Positions 20,253 to 30,243 of a DNA stretch of 64,000 nt are shown here, piece by piece. Every line of letters begins with the position of its first letter. The first letter of the stretch is position 1. Origin of the DNA: an uncultured Methanosarcinaceae archaeon (GTDB lineage: Archaea > Halobacteriota > Methanosarcinia > Methanosarcinales > Methanosarcinaceae); NCBI GenBank assembly GCA_963721455.1, contig CAVRJG010000044.1, positions 64,001 to 128,000 of the forward strand, in the 5' to 3' direction. The notes under the pieces are model-generated. The model saw only the letters and a list, made by a program, of their open reading frames with translations. It had not been told where the DNA came from and ran no database searches. Made by a program: the position numbers and the translations under genes.

Positions 20253-21446
20253 TCATTCGATTAAGAAGACGTCCACTTCCTCTCCTTCTTCATAGCCTTC
20301 AACATTTTCAGGTACAAGCACAAACCCATCAGCCTTTGCAACTGAACTCAGGACACCAGCTCCGGCACCAGCCAGAGGACGCACCCTATCCCCTTCAAAA
20401 ACAACCCGGACAAAATTAACATATCCTATTTTTGAACTGATTTTTGCAGCCAGGCGCCTTTTAAGGATGAGTTCAGGAATTTTTGGGATTGATGCCAGTT
20501 TCCGGATTCCTGGGCGAACAAAGAAATAAAGGGCAACGAGTCCTGCAACAGGATAACCGGGAAGGCAAACCACAGGGACATTATTTATAACGCCAAGGGC
20601 TGCAGGCTTTCCAGGGCTGGCTCCAATGCCGTGTACAAGCAGCTCTCCGAGGGATGCCACAACCTGAGGAGCATGATCTCTCTTCCCTACCGAGGTTCCG
20701 CCTGAAAGAAGGATCATATCGGCGTCCAGATTTGTTTCTACTGCTTTTTTTATACTATCCGGATGGTCAGGCACTATCCCGATGCATCGAGGAATCCCGC
20801 CCCATTTATCCACATAAAGGGCAGCCATCAGCCCATTAGTCTCAAGCACCATGCCCGGGGGCGGGACGTCTCCACCCTTCTCACGGCTTACAAGTTCATC
20901 CCCAGTGGGAATGACCGCAATGACAGGTTTTTGAAAAACCGTCACCCTGTCAAAGCCAAGGGATACAAGCACGGCTGCATCACACGGGCGAAGAAGGTGC
21001 CCTTCTTCAAAAACCCGGTCTCCTTTTTTCATGTCCTCTCCGACCTGCCCCACATTCCGGTTCGGGTAGACCTGGGCTCTGACTTCAACCATATTCCCTG
21101 CTGTAGCCGTATCCTCGACCATCACGACTGCATCGGCTCCAGTCGGCACTGCGGCCCCTGTATGGACCCAGATAGAGCTTCCTTCCTCCACCCGGTCAGA
21201 AAGCTGCAACAGAACAGGATTTGCAGGAGAAGCTCCGAGAGTATCCGAAGCCCTTACAGCGTACCCGTCCATGGCAGCACGCCGGTAATGAGGCACATTT
21301 CTTCCGGAAATTACAGCTTCTGCCAGCACCCGGCCTGTGCAGGCCTCGAGTGGAATTTCTTCGGTTTTCCTGAGATGAGGAATATTCTCAAGGAAAAGCC
21401 TCAAAGCTTTATCAACCGACGTTCGCTCTTTGAATATCCTGCCCAC
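20253..21446 (-). CDS. moeA: Molybdopterin molybdotransferase MoeA
   Basis: AAMDGYAVRA, TGA.VP.GADAVVMVE, PTGDEL, SGGTSVG and PGKP...LPGYP motifs. Confidence 0.95.
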   Translation of the reverse strand: MGRIFKERTSVDKALRLFLENIPHLRKTEEIPLEACTGRVLAEAVISGRNVPHYRRAAMDGYAVRASDTLGASPANPVLLQLSDRVEEGSSIWVHTGAAVPTGADAVVMVEDTATAGNMVEVRAQVYPNRNVGQVGEDMKKGDRVFEEGHLLRPCDAAVLVSLGFDRVTVFQKPVIAVIPTGDELVSREKGGDVPPPGMVLETNGLMAALYVDKWGGIPRCIGIVPDHPDSIKKAVETNLDADMILLSGGTSVGKRDHAPQVVASLGELLVHGIGASPGKPAALGVINNVPVVCLPGYPVAGLVALYFFVRPGIRKLASIPKIPELILKRRLAAKISSKIGYVNFVRVVFEGDRVRPLAGAGAGVLSSVAKADGFVLVPENVEGYEEGEEVDVFLIE

Positions 21447-21472
21447 GATCTTCCCGCCCTGAAGAAAAAAAA

Positions 21473-21766
21473 TCAGCCCCCGGAAACAGGAGGCAGGACT
21501 GCAATTTCATCGGCATCCGAAAGGAGAGTGTCAAGCCCATCCAGGTGCCTGACGTTGTTTCCGTTTATAAGGATATTAATTGAGCCGCATATAACAGGAG
21601 TCTCACCTTCTCCTTCGGGTTTCTCAAAAATAAGGCTCTTTAACCCGGGATGTTTTTCGGTGAGGGATGAAAGGGCATCAATAACCTTTTCTCCAGAAAG
21701 CTGCAGTTCTGATGTGCCTGCGGCTTCGCGCAAATTTGCAAATAATTTGATTTTTACCTCAGCCAT
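21473..21766 (-). CDS. Ubiquitin-like small archaeal modifier / MoaD-ThiS family sulfur carrier
   Basis: KLFANLRE N-terminus; C-terminal PPVSGG; directly upstream of moeA. Confidence 0.92.
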   Translation of the reverse strand: MAEVKIKLFANLREAAGTSELQLSGEKVIDALSSLTEKHPGLKSLIFEKPEGEGETPVICGSINILINGNNVRHLDGLDTLLSDADEIAVLPPVSGG

Positions 21767-21845
21767 GAGAGAGACTATTTAATCCTATCCCTTAAATATA
21801 CTATGCCTATAAAGAAACAGCTACGTTGAAAGGTTTTAGGGAACA

Positions 21846-23465
21846 ATGCAGCAAAGTCCGGACAACAATATTGGAAACCCACCAGTGCTTTCTGAGAGAA
21901 AATATAAGATCATTGGGCTTTTAATCATCCTTTTTGCCCTATTAATCAGACTACTTGACCTTGGGGAACGAGTTTTCCATCATGACGAAAGCATACATGC
22001 CAGTTTTACCCTCAGACTTCTCGAAACGGGACAATATAGCTATGATCCAGCTTATCACGGCCCCTTTCTTTTCCATTCTACCGCCGTTATCTTTCATTTC
22101 CTGGGAATAAACGATACTACAGCACGCCTGATTCCTTTCTTTTTCGGGGTAGCTGCAATCCCTCTACTTTTTTTGTTAAAAAGAGAACTTGGAAAAAGAG
22201 GCGTACTGTGGTCAGCTTTCCTGCTTTCTTTTTCTCCGAGCATGATTTATTTCTCAAGGTTCTTTAGAAATGACATGGTCATTGTTTTCTGCACCCTGGC
22301 TACGGTTGTAGGGGGAATTCGCTATCGTGAGAACCTTCACAGTTCAAAGAGATACCCTTATTTGATCCTTGCCGCGTCTTCCCTTGCCATTGCCGTATCC
22401 TCAAAGGAAAACGCCTATCTGGTCATTCTGATGTTCGGAGCCTATGCGGGGATCTGCTTTTTGTACAGGTTTTATTCAGACTGGAAAAAAGAAAAACTGA
22501 GCCTGAAGAAGGCTCTCCGTCTCAAAAGTTCAGCTATTTCCCCCTTCCTTCCTGAAATACTTCTTTCAGGGGTTCTCTTCATTTTCATTGTAATGCTATT
22601 TTACACAAGCCTTTTCAGATACCAGGAATCCCTTTTCTCGATTGTGGAAAAGGCTTTTTCCCACTGGATGGAAATGCACAAAATTCAACGCATTGGAGGC
22701 CCCTTTTATTATTATATTCCCATTCTTCTTGTATATGAAAGCCCGATCATCCTCTTTGGGACTTTGGGCCTCATCCGTTTTCTGAAAAGGAAAAATGAAA
22801 ATGCTCCCTTTTTCCTGTTCCTCTCTTACTGGGCAATTGCAAGTCTGATGCTTTATTCTTATCTCCAGGAAAAAGTCCCCTGGCTTGTAGTGCACATTGT
22901 TCTGCCCTTCGGGATTTTGGCAGGGGCTTACCTGGGAGAATTTTTTCCCCGAGCGCCTGAAAACAGTCAACATGAGAGTTTGCTCAGGGCAGAAGACATG
23001 AGTTCCGAAACAGACAAAAAACCCACTTTAGAAATAAAACGTTCCAGAACCTATACCCTGCTTACAGGTATTCTGGCACTTACACTGATAATATCCCTGG
23101 TTCAGTGCATCTCCGTAAACTTTTACAGGAGTATGGAACCTGATGAATTGATGACATACGCACAGGCATCTCCGGATACCAGGGAACTTATGGAGAAAAT
23201 CGGAGGATTCGACCATGGACCTGAAACTCTGAGGATATACGTTGTAGACGCCGATAATCTTTACTGGCCCCTGCCGTGGTACCTGAGGGACTACGAAAAA
23301 GCAGCGTATTATACAGAACCTCCGGTGAACGAAGAGTACGATGCAATAATTGTGCCTGCAAAGTATCGGATGTACAGGGAAATCCCTAAAGAAGAGTACG
23401 CTTCCTATAATTTCACGCTGCGCCCTGGAAGAGAATTTACCCTCTATTACAATAAAAAAACTTGA
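21846..23465 (+). CDS. TIGR03663/Agl23-like GT-C-fold membrane protein
   Basis: FHHDESIH, YDPAYHGP, YFSRFFRND, SKENAY, QEKVPWL and YWPLPWYLR motifs; polytopic. Confidence 0.8.
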   Translation: MQQSPDNNIGNPPVLSERKYKIIGLLIILFALLIRLLDLGERVFHHDESIHASFTLRLLETGQYSYDPAYHGPFLFHSTAVIFHFLGINDTTARLIPFFFGVAAIPLLFLLKRELGKRGVLWSAFLLSFSPSMIYFSRFFRNDMVIVFCTLATVVGGIRYRENLHSSKRYPYLILAASSLAIAVSSKENAYLVILMFGAYAGICFLYRFYSDWKKEKLSLKKALRLKSSAISPFLPEILLSGVLFIFIVMLFYTSLFRYQESLFSIVEKAFSHWMEMHKIQRIGGPFYYYIPILLVYESPIILFGTLGLIRFLKRKNENAPFFLFLSYWAIASLMLYSYLQEKVPWLVVHIVLPFGILAGAYLGEFFPRAPENSQHESLLRAEDMSSETDKKPTLEIKRSRTYTLLTGILALTLIISLVQCISVNFYRSMEPDELMTYAQASPDTRELMEKIGGFDHGPETLRIYVVDADNLYWPLPWYLRDYEKAAYYTEPPVNEEYDAIIVPAKYRMYREIPKEEYASYNFTLRPGREFTLYYNKKT

Positions 23466-23830
23466 AAAAGAATCACTGTTGTCAGGACTGCGTAAACCAG
23501 AGGCCTGTTTGTAAAAAGCCCCGGAGAAAAGACCGAATATCGGTCAGAACGCCAGTTGAAGGCGTTGAACATCTCTGAACAGTAAAAATAATTACTACCG
23601 CATCAATTAGTCCCCCGGTAGAGCCGAAGTAATAGAGGCAATTATCAAAATAACAATCAATATACTTTTAAACTTTGGAAGAAAGAGCCCCGGGACAGAG
23701 GCTTCTTCCTTTTCTTTGAGTGCATTTTCCCCATATTCTTAAGTCTCTTTTCTGCCTCCCCGGAACTCAAACCTGCCTCTGATACCCCAAGCTTCTCAAA
23801 AACGGAGTTGACGTCCTGGTCGTAATACAC
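23461..23830 (-). pseudogene. Cation-transporting P-type ATPase scar (N-terminus fused to C-terminus)
   Basis: GLSSGEAEKRL, frameshift, GENAL...FKSILIVILIIA, then an abrupt junction to EMFNAFNWRSDRYSVF.GLFTNRPL; catalytic core absent. Confidence 0.75.
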
Positions 23831-24096
23831 CCATTTACCTCTCAAGCCCCCGGATGATCCGGAGATATCCCGCAACTAATATATCCGCTTCTCTGATATA
23901 AATGAGTTTAAAGCATATATAGCGGCCAGGCATATCGATATGAAAAGGGGTTTTTAAAGAAATACAGGTTATACGAACCTTTGTGGAAAAAGAGATATAA
24001 AACTTTAGCTTTTTTTATATCAAGATATGGGTTTGTAAATCTTAAGGGGCATAGAATACTGATTAAAAGTTATAACAAATAAAGGGAAAATTGGAT

Positions 24097-25431
24097 ATGA
24101 AAATCATAATAATAGGAAGTGGGCTTGCAGGACTATCAGCCGGGTATAAGCTCTGTAAATCGAATGAGATCGTTATTTTTGAAAAAGATGCGGAAATCGG
24201 GGGGATGGCCGCAAGTTATTGCCAGGATTATACCGGAAAAAAGTATTTTATCGAAAAATATTACCACCATGTATTCAGGAGCGATTCGGAACTTCTTGCC
24301 CTGATAAGGGAACTGGGGCTTGAAAGGCAGATGCTGTGGCTTAAAGGGAAAAATGCCTATTTTGTGGACGGTAAAAACTATCCTATGAATACTCCTGCTG
24401 AAATTTTAAGGTTTAGCCCTCTTTCTTTTATTGATCTGGTGAAACTTGGCCTGCTCGTTTTTAGAATTAAGATAATAAATGATACAACTTCCTATGACAG
24501 AATAAAGGCGAAAGACTGGATTATTGATAATGCAGGAAAATCAGTATATGAAAACTTTTTTGCCCCTCTCATGAAAAGCAAATTCGGTGAAAATGCTGAA
24601 AATGTCTCTGCGGCCTGGCTTATAGGGCGCGTGAAAATAAGGTCAGATAGGGGAAAAGAAGGAGAGAAATTAGGATACTTGAGAGGAGGTTTCAACTCCC
24701 TGATAAAATCTCTGGAAAGAGAAATAACTGCACAGGGAGGCAAGATCTTGAAAAATAAAGAGATAACGGAAATCGTTATCAAGGACAATATAGTGCAGGG
24801 AGTGATTGCTGACGGAACCTTTATTGCCTGTGATGCAGTGATTTCAACTGTTGAGCCCGGGGTACTCGACACGCTCACGAAAGGCAAGCTTGGGGATCTC
24901 CACGAAACCCTGCAAAGTATCCGTTATCAGGGAACTGCATGCGCCCTGATAGGGCTTGACAAAAGGCTTATGGGAGACGGGAATTACTGGTTGAACATAA
25001 AAGCTGATGTGCCTTTTGGAGCTGTAATTGAGCACACTAATTTTATGCCCTATGAGGACTACGGAGAGCATCTTGTCTATGTAACTTCCTATTTCCAGGA
25101 TGAAAAGGATGTTCTCTGGATGCAGCAGGAAGAAGAAGTTCTGGATTCTTACCTGAAGGGATTGGAAAAGATGTTCCCGGATTTTTCAAGGAAAGATATT
25201 CACTGGGCAAAACTCTTCCGCAGAATGGACACTGCGCCTGTGTATGAACAGGGGTATCTCGAAAAAGTCCTGCCATTTGCTGCTGGCCCGTCCGGACTTT
25301 ACCTTTCAGGAATGTTCTCATCAACCAACTACCCGGAAAGAAGCATGAACGGCTCTATAAAAGCCGGGTTCGAATCTGCAAACTTCTTCATAAAAAAAGA
25401 TGAGAATTGTGATGTTTGTTGGCTCGACTGA
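24097..25431 (+). CDS. NAD(P)/FAD-dependent oxidoreductase (amine oxidase/protoporphyrinogen oxidase-like)
   Basis: IIGSGLAGL, GGMAAS, EKYYHH and YPERSMNG motifs. Confidence 0.85.
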   Translation: MKIIIIGSGLAGLSAGYKLCKSNEIVIFEKDAEIGGMAASYCQDYTGKKYFIEKYYHHVFRSDSELLALIRELGLERQMLWLKGKNAYFVDGKNYPMNTPAEILRFSPLSFIDLVKLGLLVFRIKIINDTTSYDRIKAKDWIIDNAGKSVYENFFAPLMKSKFGENAENVSAAWLIGRVKIRSDRGKEGEKLGYLRGGFNSLIKSLEREITAQGGKILKNKEITEIVIKDNIVQGVIADGTFIACDAVISTVEPGVLDTLTKGKLGDLHETLQSIRYQGTACALIGLDKRLMGDGNYWLNIKADVPFGAVIEHTNFMPYEDYGEHLVYVTSYFQDEKDVLWMQQEEEVLDSYLKGLEKMFPDFSRKDIHWAKLFRRMDTAPVYEQGYLEKVLPFAAGPSGLYLSGMFSSTNYPERSMNGSIKAGFESANFFIKKDENCDVCWLD

Positions 25432-25853
25432 GAAAACTGCTTCTAAGATTTCCATCAAAAATTTCGTATGCAGAGAACAGATACCTGACTTAATATAGTC
25501 TCTCGGGACGAACTATTATATAGTCTAAGGGATGATAATATACTGTCTGTACCTGCATGCAGAAAGAAGTTCTGCATGATTACCTGTCCTTTCGGATTTG
25601 TCATTCATGGGGATTTTGGCAATGATGAATAAGGAAAAGACAGTGAAAACCTAAAAAAATCTGGACTTCGGCCGTTAATCGGCATTTTGGGGGCGTGCTG
25701 TCAAAACCGCGTTTGCGGGGATGGCATAGGGAATAGATATGTTTTCTATTGAAGCTTAGCTCTCAAAAAGAGATCTCGGACGCTGTAAAAAAGCTGCCTG
25801 AGCTTCCGGGAAGGGGTATTGGGCAGCGTACAAAATAAGAGGAGTGGTAAAAG

Positions 25854-26123
25854 ATGTTATTCATGGACGTTAGTACCTGGGACCCTTCGAGCCGCGACAA
25901 GATTCTTGAACATTTTAAGCAACTGGACATTCCAGAAGGAATCGATGTCATTAACCAGTGGATTGACCTTTCCGGAAACCGATATTATATTCTTTACGAA
26001 GCAGAAAGTGCCGAGGCTTATGGAGCTTTCAATCTGCCCTGGTCAGATATCTGCATAATTGACAGTGTGCCTGTTATGGAAGCTTCCGAATTCATGCAGC
26101 TTCTGCCCAAATATAAAAAATAA
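25854..26123 (+). CDS. DUF3303 family protein
   Basis: MLFMDVSTW..., P.GI.VINQW.DLSG and PWSD...VPVM pattern; GGAG RBS. Confidence 0.78.
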   Translation: MLFMDVSTWDPSSRDKILEHFKQLDIPEGIDVINQWIDLSGNRYYILYEAESAEAYGAFNLPWSDICIIDSVPVMEASEFMQLLPKYKK

Positions 26124-26161
26124 GCTCCATAGCTTATTGATGCGTTTTACAGAAAAAACAT

Positions 26162-26194
26162 TCCGATGAGCTGTCTATTAACCGGCTCATCGAA
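26162..26194. terminator. Hairpin with T-tracts between convergent genes
   Basis: CGATGAGC...GCTCATCG inverted repeat followed by T-rich sequence. Confidence 0.4.
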
Positions 26195-26256
26195 AAATTT
26201 TTATTTTATTATTTTCGAACACGAAGCCCTGTCAGGGTCTATTTTTATTCAGTAAG

Positions 26257-27687
26257 TTAGATTTTTAACATTATTGTTTTTAGATCAAGATATTCAGAAA
26301 GGGCATCAGGCCCGTTTTCCCGTCCGATCCCGCTTTCCCGGGTTCCCCCGAAAGGAACTTCAGGGGCTACTTTAAGGTGCTGGTTTATCCATATAATTCC
26401 TGCATTCAATTGTTCACACCCGAGACGGGCTCGATCTAAATTCTTTGTCCAGATAGAGGCCCCAAGCCCATAACAGGTACTGTTCGCTTCTTCAATTGCC
26501 TCATCAAGATTTTTTACTCGGACTACAGGCAGCACCGGGCCGAATACTTCTTCTTTCAAAAGCCTGGATTCCCTGGGGATATCTACAACAAGTGTGGGCT
26601 CAAAGAAATATCCCTTGCTACAGGCACTGCTTTCTGGAACCTTGCCTCCTGTAACTATCCTGCCTTCATCTTTTTCCTCGACTTCGGCTACAAGCCCCTT
26701 TACAAATTCCCATTGCCTGCGGTTATTAAGGGGCCCCATATCGATGTTTTCATGTATTCCGTTTCCAACCCTCAAGTTCCGGATACCTGCTTCAAGCTTT
26801 TTTATGAACTCTTCGGCTATGGATTCGAAAACATATAGCCTCTTGACGGCAGTACAGGTCTGGCCGCAATTGTAAAACCTCCCTTTAAGGGCCCCTGCAA
26901 CTGCATTTTCAAGGTTAGCATCGTCACAGACAAGCATAGGATCACTTCCTCCAAGCTCAAGGGTTACTCTTTTCATCCCGCTGGCTGCAAGCCCAGCTAC
27001 ACGTTTTCCAGTTCTGGCTTCTCCAGTAAAAGATATTTTTTTTACTTTATGGCTCTCAACCAGGGTTTCTCCCACAACCTCACCAGGACCTGTAACTACA
27101 TTCAACACACCTGCTGGAAGCCCTGCTTCGCTCAGGATAGAAGCCAGCGTAAGATTAGTAAGGGGAGTGTTGCTTGCAGGTTTCAGAACAAGCGTATTCC
27201 CAGACATCAGGGCAGGGCCAATCTTCCAGGCCATAATAAGAGCAGGCATATTCCAGGGAATTATGGCTGCACAAACCCCCAGAGGTTTCTTTACGGTAAA
27301 AGCATATCCGTTCTGAGGGACCTGAATGAAATCTCCCCGAAGACTGCCTGCAAGCCCGCAATAGTACTCAAGGACGTTTGAAAAACCTTCTATTTCGTTT
27401 TTAGCTTCGGCAAGAGGTTTTCCCTGCTCCTTAGTAAGCAGAACAGCAAGCTCATCCTTCCTCTGTCTTGTAATCTCCGCAGCCCTGTAAAGAATCCCTG
27501 CTCTTTGCTGCGGAGCTGTAGAAGCCCAGCCACCGAAAGCTGACGATGCAGCTTCAACAGCTACTGCCGCATCCTCGCCTGTACCTCTGGGAACCCGGTC
27601 GATAAGCTCACCTGTTGCCGGGTTTGTAATATCGAAAAACTCGCCACCACATGCTTCCAGAACTTTTCCGTTAATCTGCATTTTCAT
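26257..27687 (-). CDS. Aldehyde dehydrogenase family protein
   Basis: IIPWNMP, LKPAS, SFTG, LELGGSDP, GQTCTA, EEVFGPV and PFGG..ESG motifs. Confidence 0.95.
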   Translation of the reverse strand: MKMQINGKVLEACGGEFFDITNPATGELIDRVPRGTGEDAAVAVEAASSAFGGWASTAPQQRAGILYRAAEITRQRKDELAVLLTKEQGKPLAEAKNEIEGFSNVLEYYCGLAGSLRGDFIQVPQNGYAFTVKKPLGVCAAIIPWNMPALIMAWKIGPALMSGNTLVLKPASNTPLTNLTLASILSEAGLPAGVLNVVTGPGEVVGETLVESHKVKKISFTGEARTGKRVAGLAASGMKRVTLELGGSDPMLVCDDANLENAVAGALKGRFYNCGQTCTAVKRLYVFESIAEEFIKKLEAGIRNLRVGNGIHENIDMGPLNNRRQWEFVKGLVAEVEEKDEGRIVTGGKVPESSACSKGYFFEPTLVVDIPRESRLLKEEVFGPVLPVVRVKNLDEAIEEANSTCYGLGASIWTKNLDRARLGCEQLNAGIIWINQHLKVAPEVPFGGTRESGIGRENGPDALSEYLDLKTIMLKI

Positions 27688-28043
27688 ATTTATCATTATT
27701 TGCAAAGACCTATTTTAAGATAACAAAAGATAACAGCTTAGAAATAATAGTTTGAGAGTCAGTGAAAGAAATAAAAAATGGAAGGAGAGCAGTGTTATCG
27801 TGCGATAGAAATATAAACCTATTTACAAAATACATATTAGCGGCACTTCTCTTAGGGAATAAGAATGAGGAAATGGGGTAACGGGAATGCCGATTATTAA
27901 AAGTCTTCCAGAGGTTTCAATGACTTTTTGGGGTCAATAAAAAGGTCAGGACTCCGAATACAGGTATGCATAGAGAGTGCACTTTAAGAGAGTGGGCTTT
28001 AGAGATTGCACGTTAAACAATCGCTTTTACAGGGAAGAGAGCA

Positions 28044-30203
28044 GTGCTAGAATACCTTCACGTAATTTTCTGGTTTATTTTCATCGAGATCCTGGGCTTG
28101 ATTTCCATACCTCTTGCCGGGGCAGTTGGAAACAGGCTTGCTGATGGAGGATATTCTGCAGCCCGGACCCTGGGAATAGTGCTTGTTGCATATATGTCCT
28201 GGATTTTTTCGTACGTGTGGGGCTTCAACGGAAGCACGGTCCTGATTTCAGTACTCTTACTTTGCCTCATATCGATGAGCGTCTATCGGAAACAAAGGGT
28301 TTTACCAGAAAAGAAGATATTGCTCTCAAATGAGCTCGTATTCGCTGCAGGGTTCTTTTTTTTCCTGCTTGTACGCATTTACCTCCCTGAGATTTACAGG
28401 CATGAAAAGTTTATGGATTTTGCCTTTTTGAATGCAGTGATAAGAACTTCTTCTTTTCCCCCGGCAGACCCCTGGTTTGCAGGCGGATCCCTCGATTTTT
28501 ATTATTATTTCGGATATCTTTCAGTGGGAGTTCCGGGAAAACTCTGTTCTGTCGAACCGTCCATGCTTTTTAATCTGGCAATCGCACTTACTTTCGCCCT
28601 TTCCTTTAATCTCCTTTTCGGGTTCGGGTACAATCTTACTCATGGAAAAATCAAGTACGGAATCCTTACTGCAGGATCCGGGATTCTGCTCGGAAACTTG
28701 CAGGGGCTTATAGAATTCGTATCCGTATATCTCATCAAAGAGCCGGTTTCAAGGGGATACTACTGGAGCAGTTCGAGAGTCATACCCTATACAATAAATG
28801 AATTCCCTTATTTCAGTTTCATACACGGAGACCTGCATTCCCATATGCTTGCAATCCCTTTCCAGCTGCTGGCACTTGCTTCCCTTCTGAACATATATCT
28901 CAGGAAAGACTGTAACCGGGTATTTGAAAGTATTCTGGCATTTCTTATTTTTTCAGTGTCTTTCGGCTTTTTATTCCCTTCCAATTCCTGGGATTTCCCG
29001 ATATATTTCGGCCTGGCATTTTCGGTTATTCTTGCCTTTTATTACGGGCATTATACCCATAACAAGAATTTATCAGGTTCCACGGCCGGATTTTTCGGAA
29101 CAGTTACTCTAGTTTCCGTTTTCAGCTTTCTTCCATATCTGCCCTTTTACCTATCCTTTAAACCTCAGGCAGCAGGAGGATTTGACTTCGTTGCACTGGA
29201 ACTCAGGACAACAATTGATAAATTCCTTATTTTGTTCGGCCTTTTCCTTTTTTTGACCTTTTCTTTCCTTATGACCCGCCAGGACTCCGGACGAAAGACC
29301 GGATATTTCATCCTGTGGATCGGAATTTCTGCATTTCTCTCCAGTGCATGGTCTATTTCCCTGCTTGTAATCCTTTTTCCTCTACTTGCCCTTTCTCTCT
29401 TTTCATTCCTGAAAGACCTTCCTGAAAGAAGCCATGCAGGATTTGTATCCCTTCTGATAGCAGCAGCTTCTTTCATTGCCCTTATCTGCGAAATTGTTTA
29501 CCTCGATGACCCCATTTCGGGGAGCTTTGCCCGCATGAACACGGTTTTCAAATTTTACATTCATTTATGGATCTTCCTGGCTATTTCAGCCTCTTATTCA
29601 TACTACGAACTTCGCTTTCTTTACAGGACCGGGAACGGCCTGTCTTCGAACAGAGTTTACGGAAGAAAAGCCTGGGCGTTTTCACTTGTGCTCCTGGTCC
29701 TCTCCTGTAGCGTTTTTCCTGTAGTATCAACCTTTACGAGAATAGAGGATATGAACGCGGAACCTGCTCTTGATGGGATGGAATACATGAAAAGACTGGA
29801 TAAGGGGGATTACGACGCCATAAAATGGATACAGGAAAATATAGAGGGAACTCCGGTAATTCTTGAAGCTTCTGAAGATGATAGCAGTTACAGTTATACA
29901 TCCAGGGTCTCTGCAAACACCGGCCTCCCTACGGTTCTTGGCTGGGCAATGCATGAGCAGTTCTGGGGAAGAGATCGGGACGAAGTCAGGACAAGGATTG
30001 AAGACGTAAATTCCATTTACAGTACTGGCAGTAAAAAAAAAGCTCTTGAGCTTATGGATAAATATAACGTAAGCTATGTTTATATAGGTCAGCTTGAAAG
30101 GCAGATGTATGATGTAAGGACGGATAAGTTCGAGGACGAAGCTTATTTTGAGCTGGTTTACCAGGGCGCAGTCCAGATTTATAAAATAAAAAAAGAATTA
30201 TGA
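28044..30203 (+). CDS. DUF2298 / Chlor_Arch_YYY (TIGR03662-like) membrane protein
   Basis: EKFMDFAF, PP.DPWFAG...YYYFG, INEFPYFSF..GDLHSH, NSWDFP, RMNTVFKFY and TGLPTVLGW motifs. Confidence 0.88.
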   Translation: MLEYLHVIFWFIFIEILGLISIPLAGAVGNRLADGGYSAARTLGIVLVAYMSWIFSYVWGFNGSTVLISVLLLCLISMSVYRKQRVLPEKKILLSNELVFAAGFFFFLLVRIYLPEIYRHEKFMDFAFLNAVIRTSSFPPADPWFAGGSLDFYYYFGYLSVGVPGKLCSVEPSMLFNLAIALTFALSFNLLFGFGYNLTHGKIKYGILTAGSGILLGNLQGLIEFVSVYLIKEPVSRGYYWSSSRVIPYTINEFPYFSFIHGDLHSHMLAIPFQLLALASLLNIYLRKDCNRVFESILAFLIFSVSFGFLFPSNSWDFPIYFGLAFSVILAFYYGHYTHNKNLSGSTAGFFGTVTLVSVFSFLPYLPFYLSFKPQAAGGFDFVALELRTTIDKFLILFGLFLFLTFSFLMTRQDSGRKTGYFILWIGISAFLSSAWSISLLVILFPLLALSLFSFLKDLPERSHAGFVSLLIAAASFIALICEIVYLDDPISGSFARMNTVFKFYIHLWIFLAISASYSYYELRFLYRTGNGLSSNRVYGRKAWAFSLVLLVLSCSVFPVVSTFTRIEDMNAEPALDGMEYMKRLDKGDYDAIKWIQENIEGTPVILEASEDDSSYSYTSRVSANTGLPTVLGWAMHEQFWGRDRDEVRTRIEDVNSIYSTGSKKKALELMDKYNVSYVYIGQLERQMYDVRTDKFEDEAYFELVYQGAVQIYKIKKEL

Positions 30204-30243
30204 GTTTTGGTTTTGGGGGACTTCAAACTCTGATTCGTATAAA

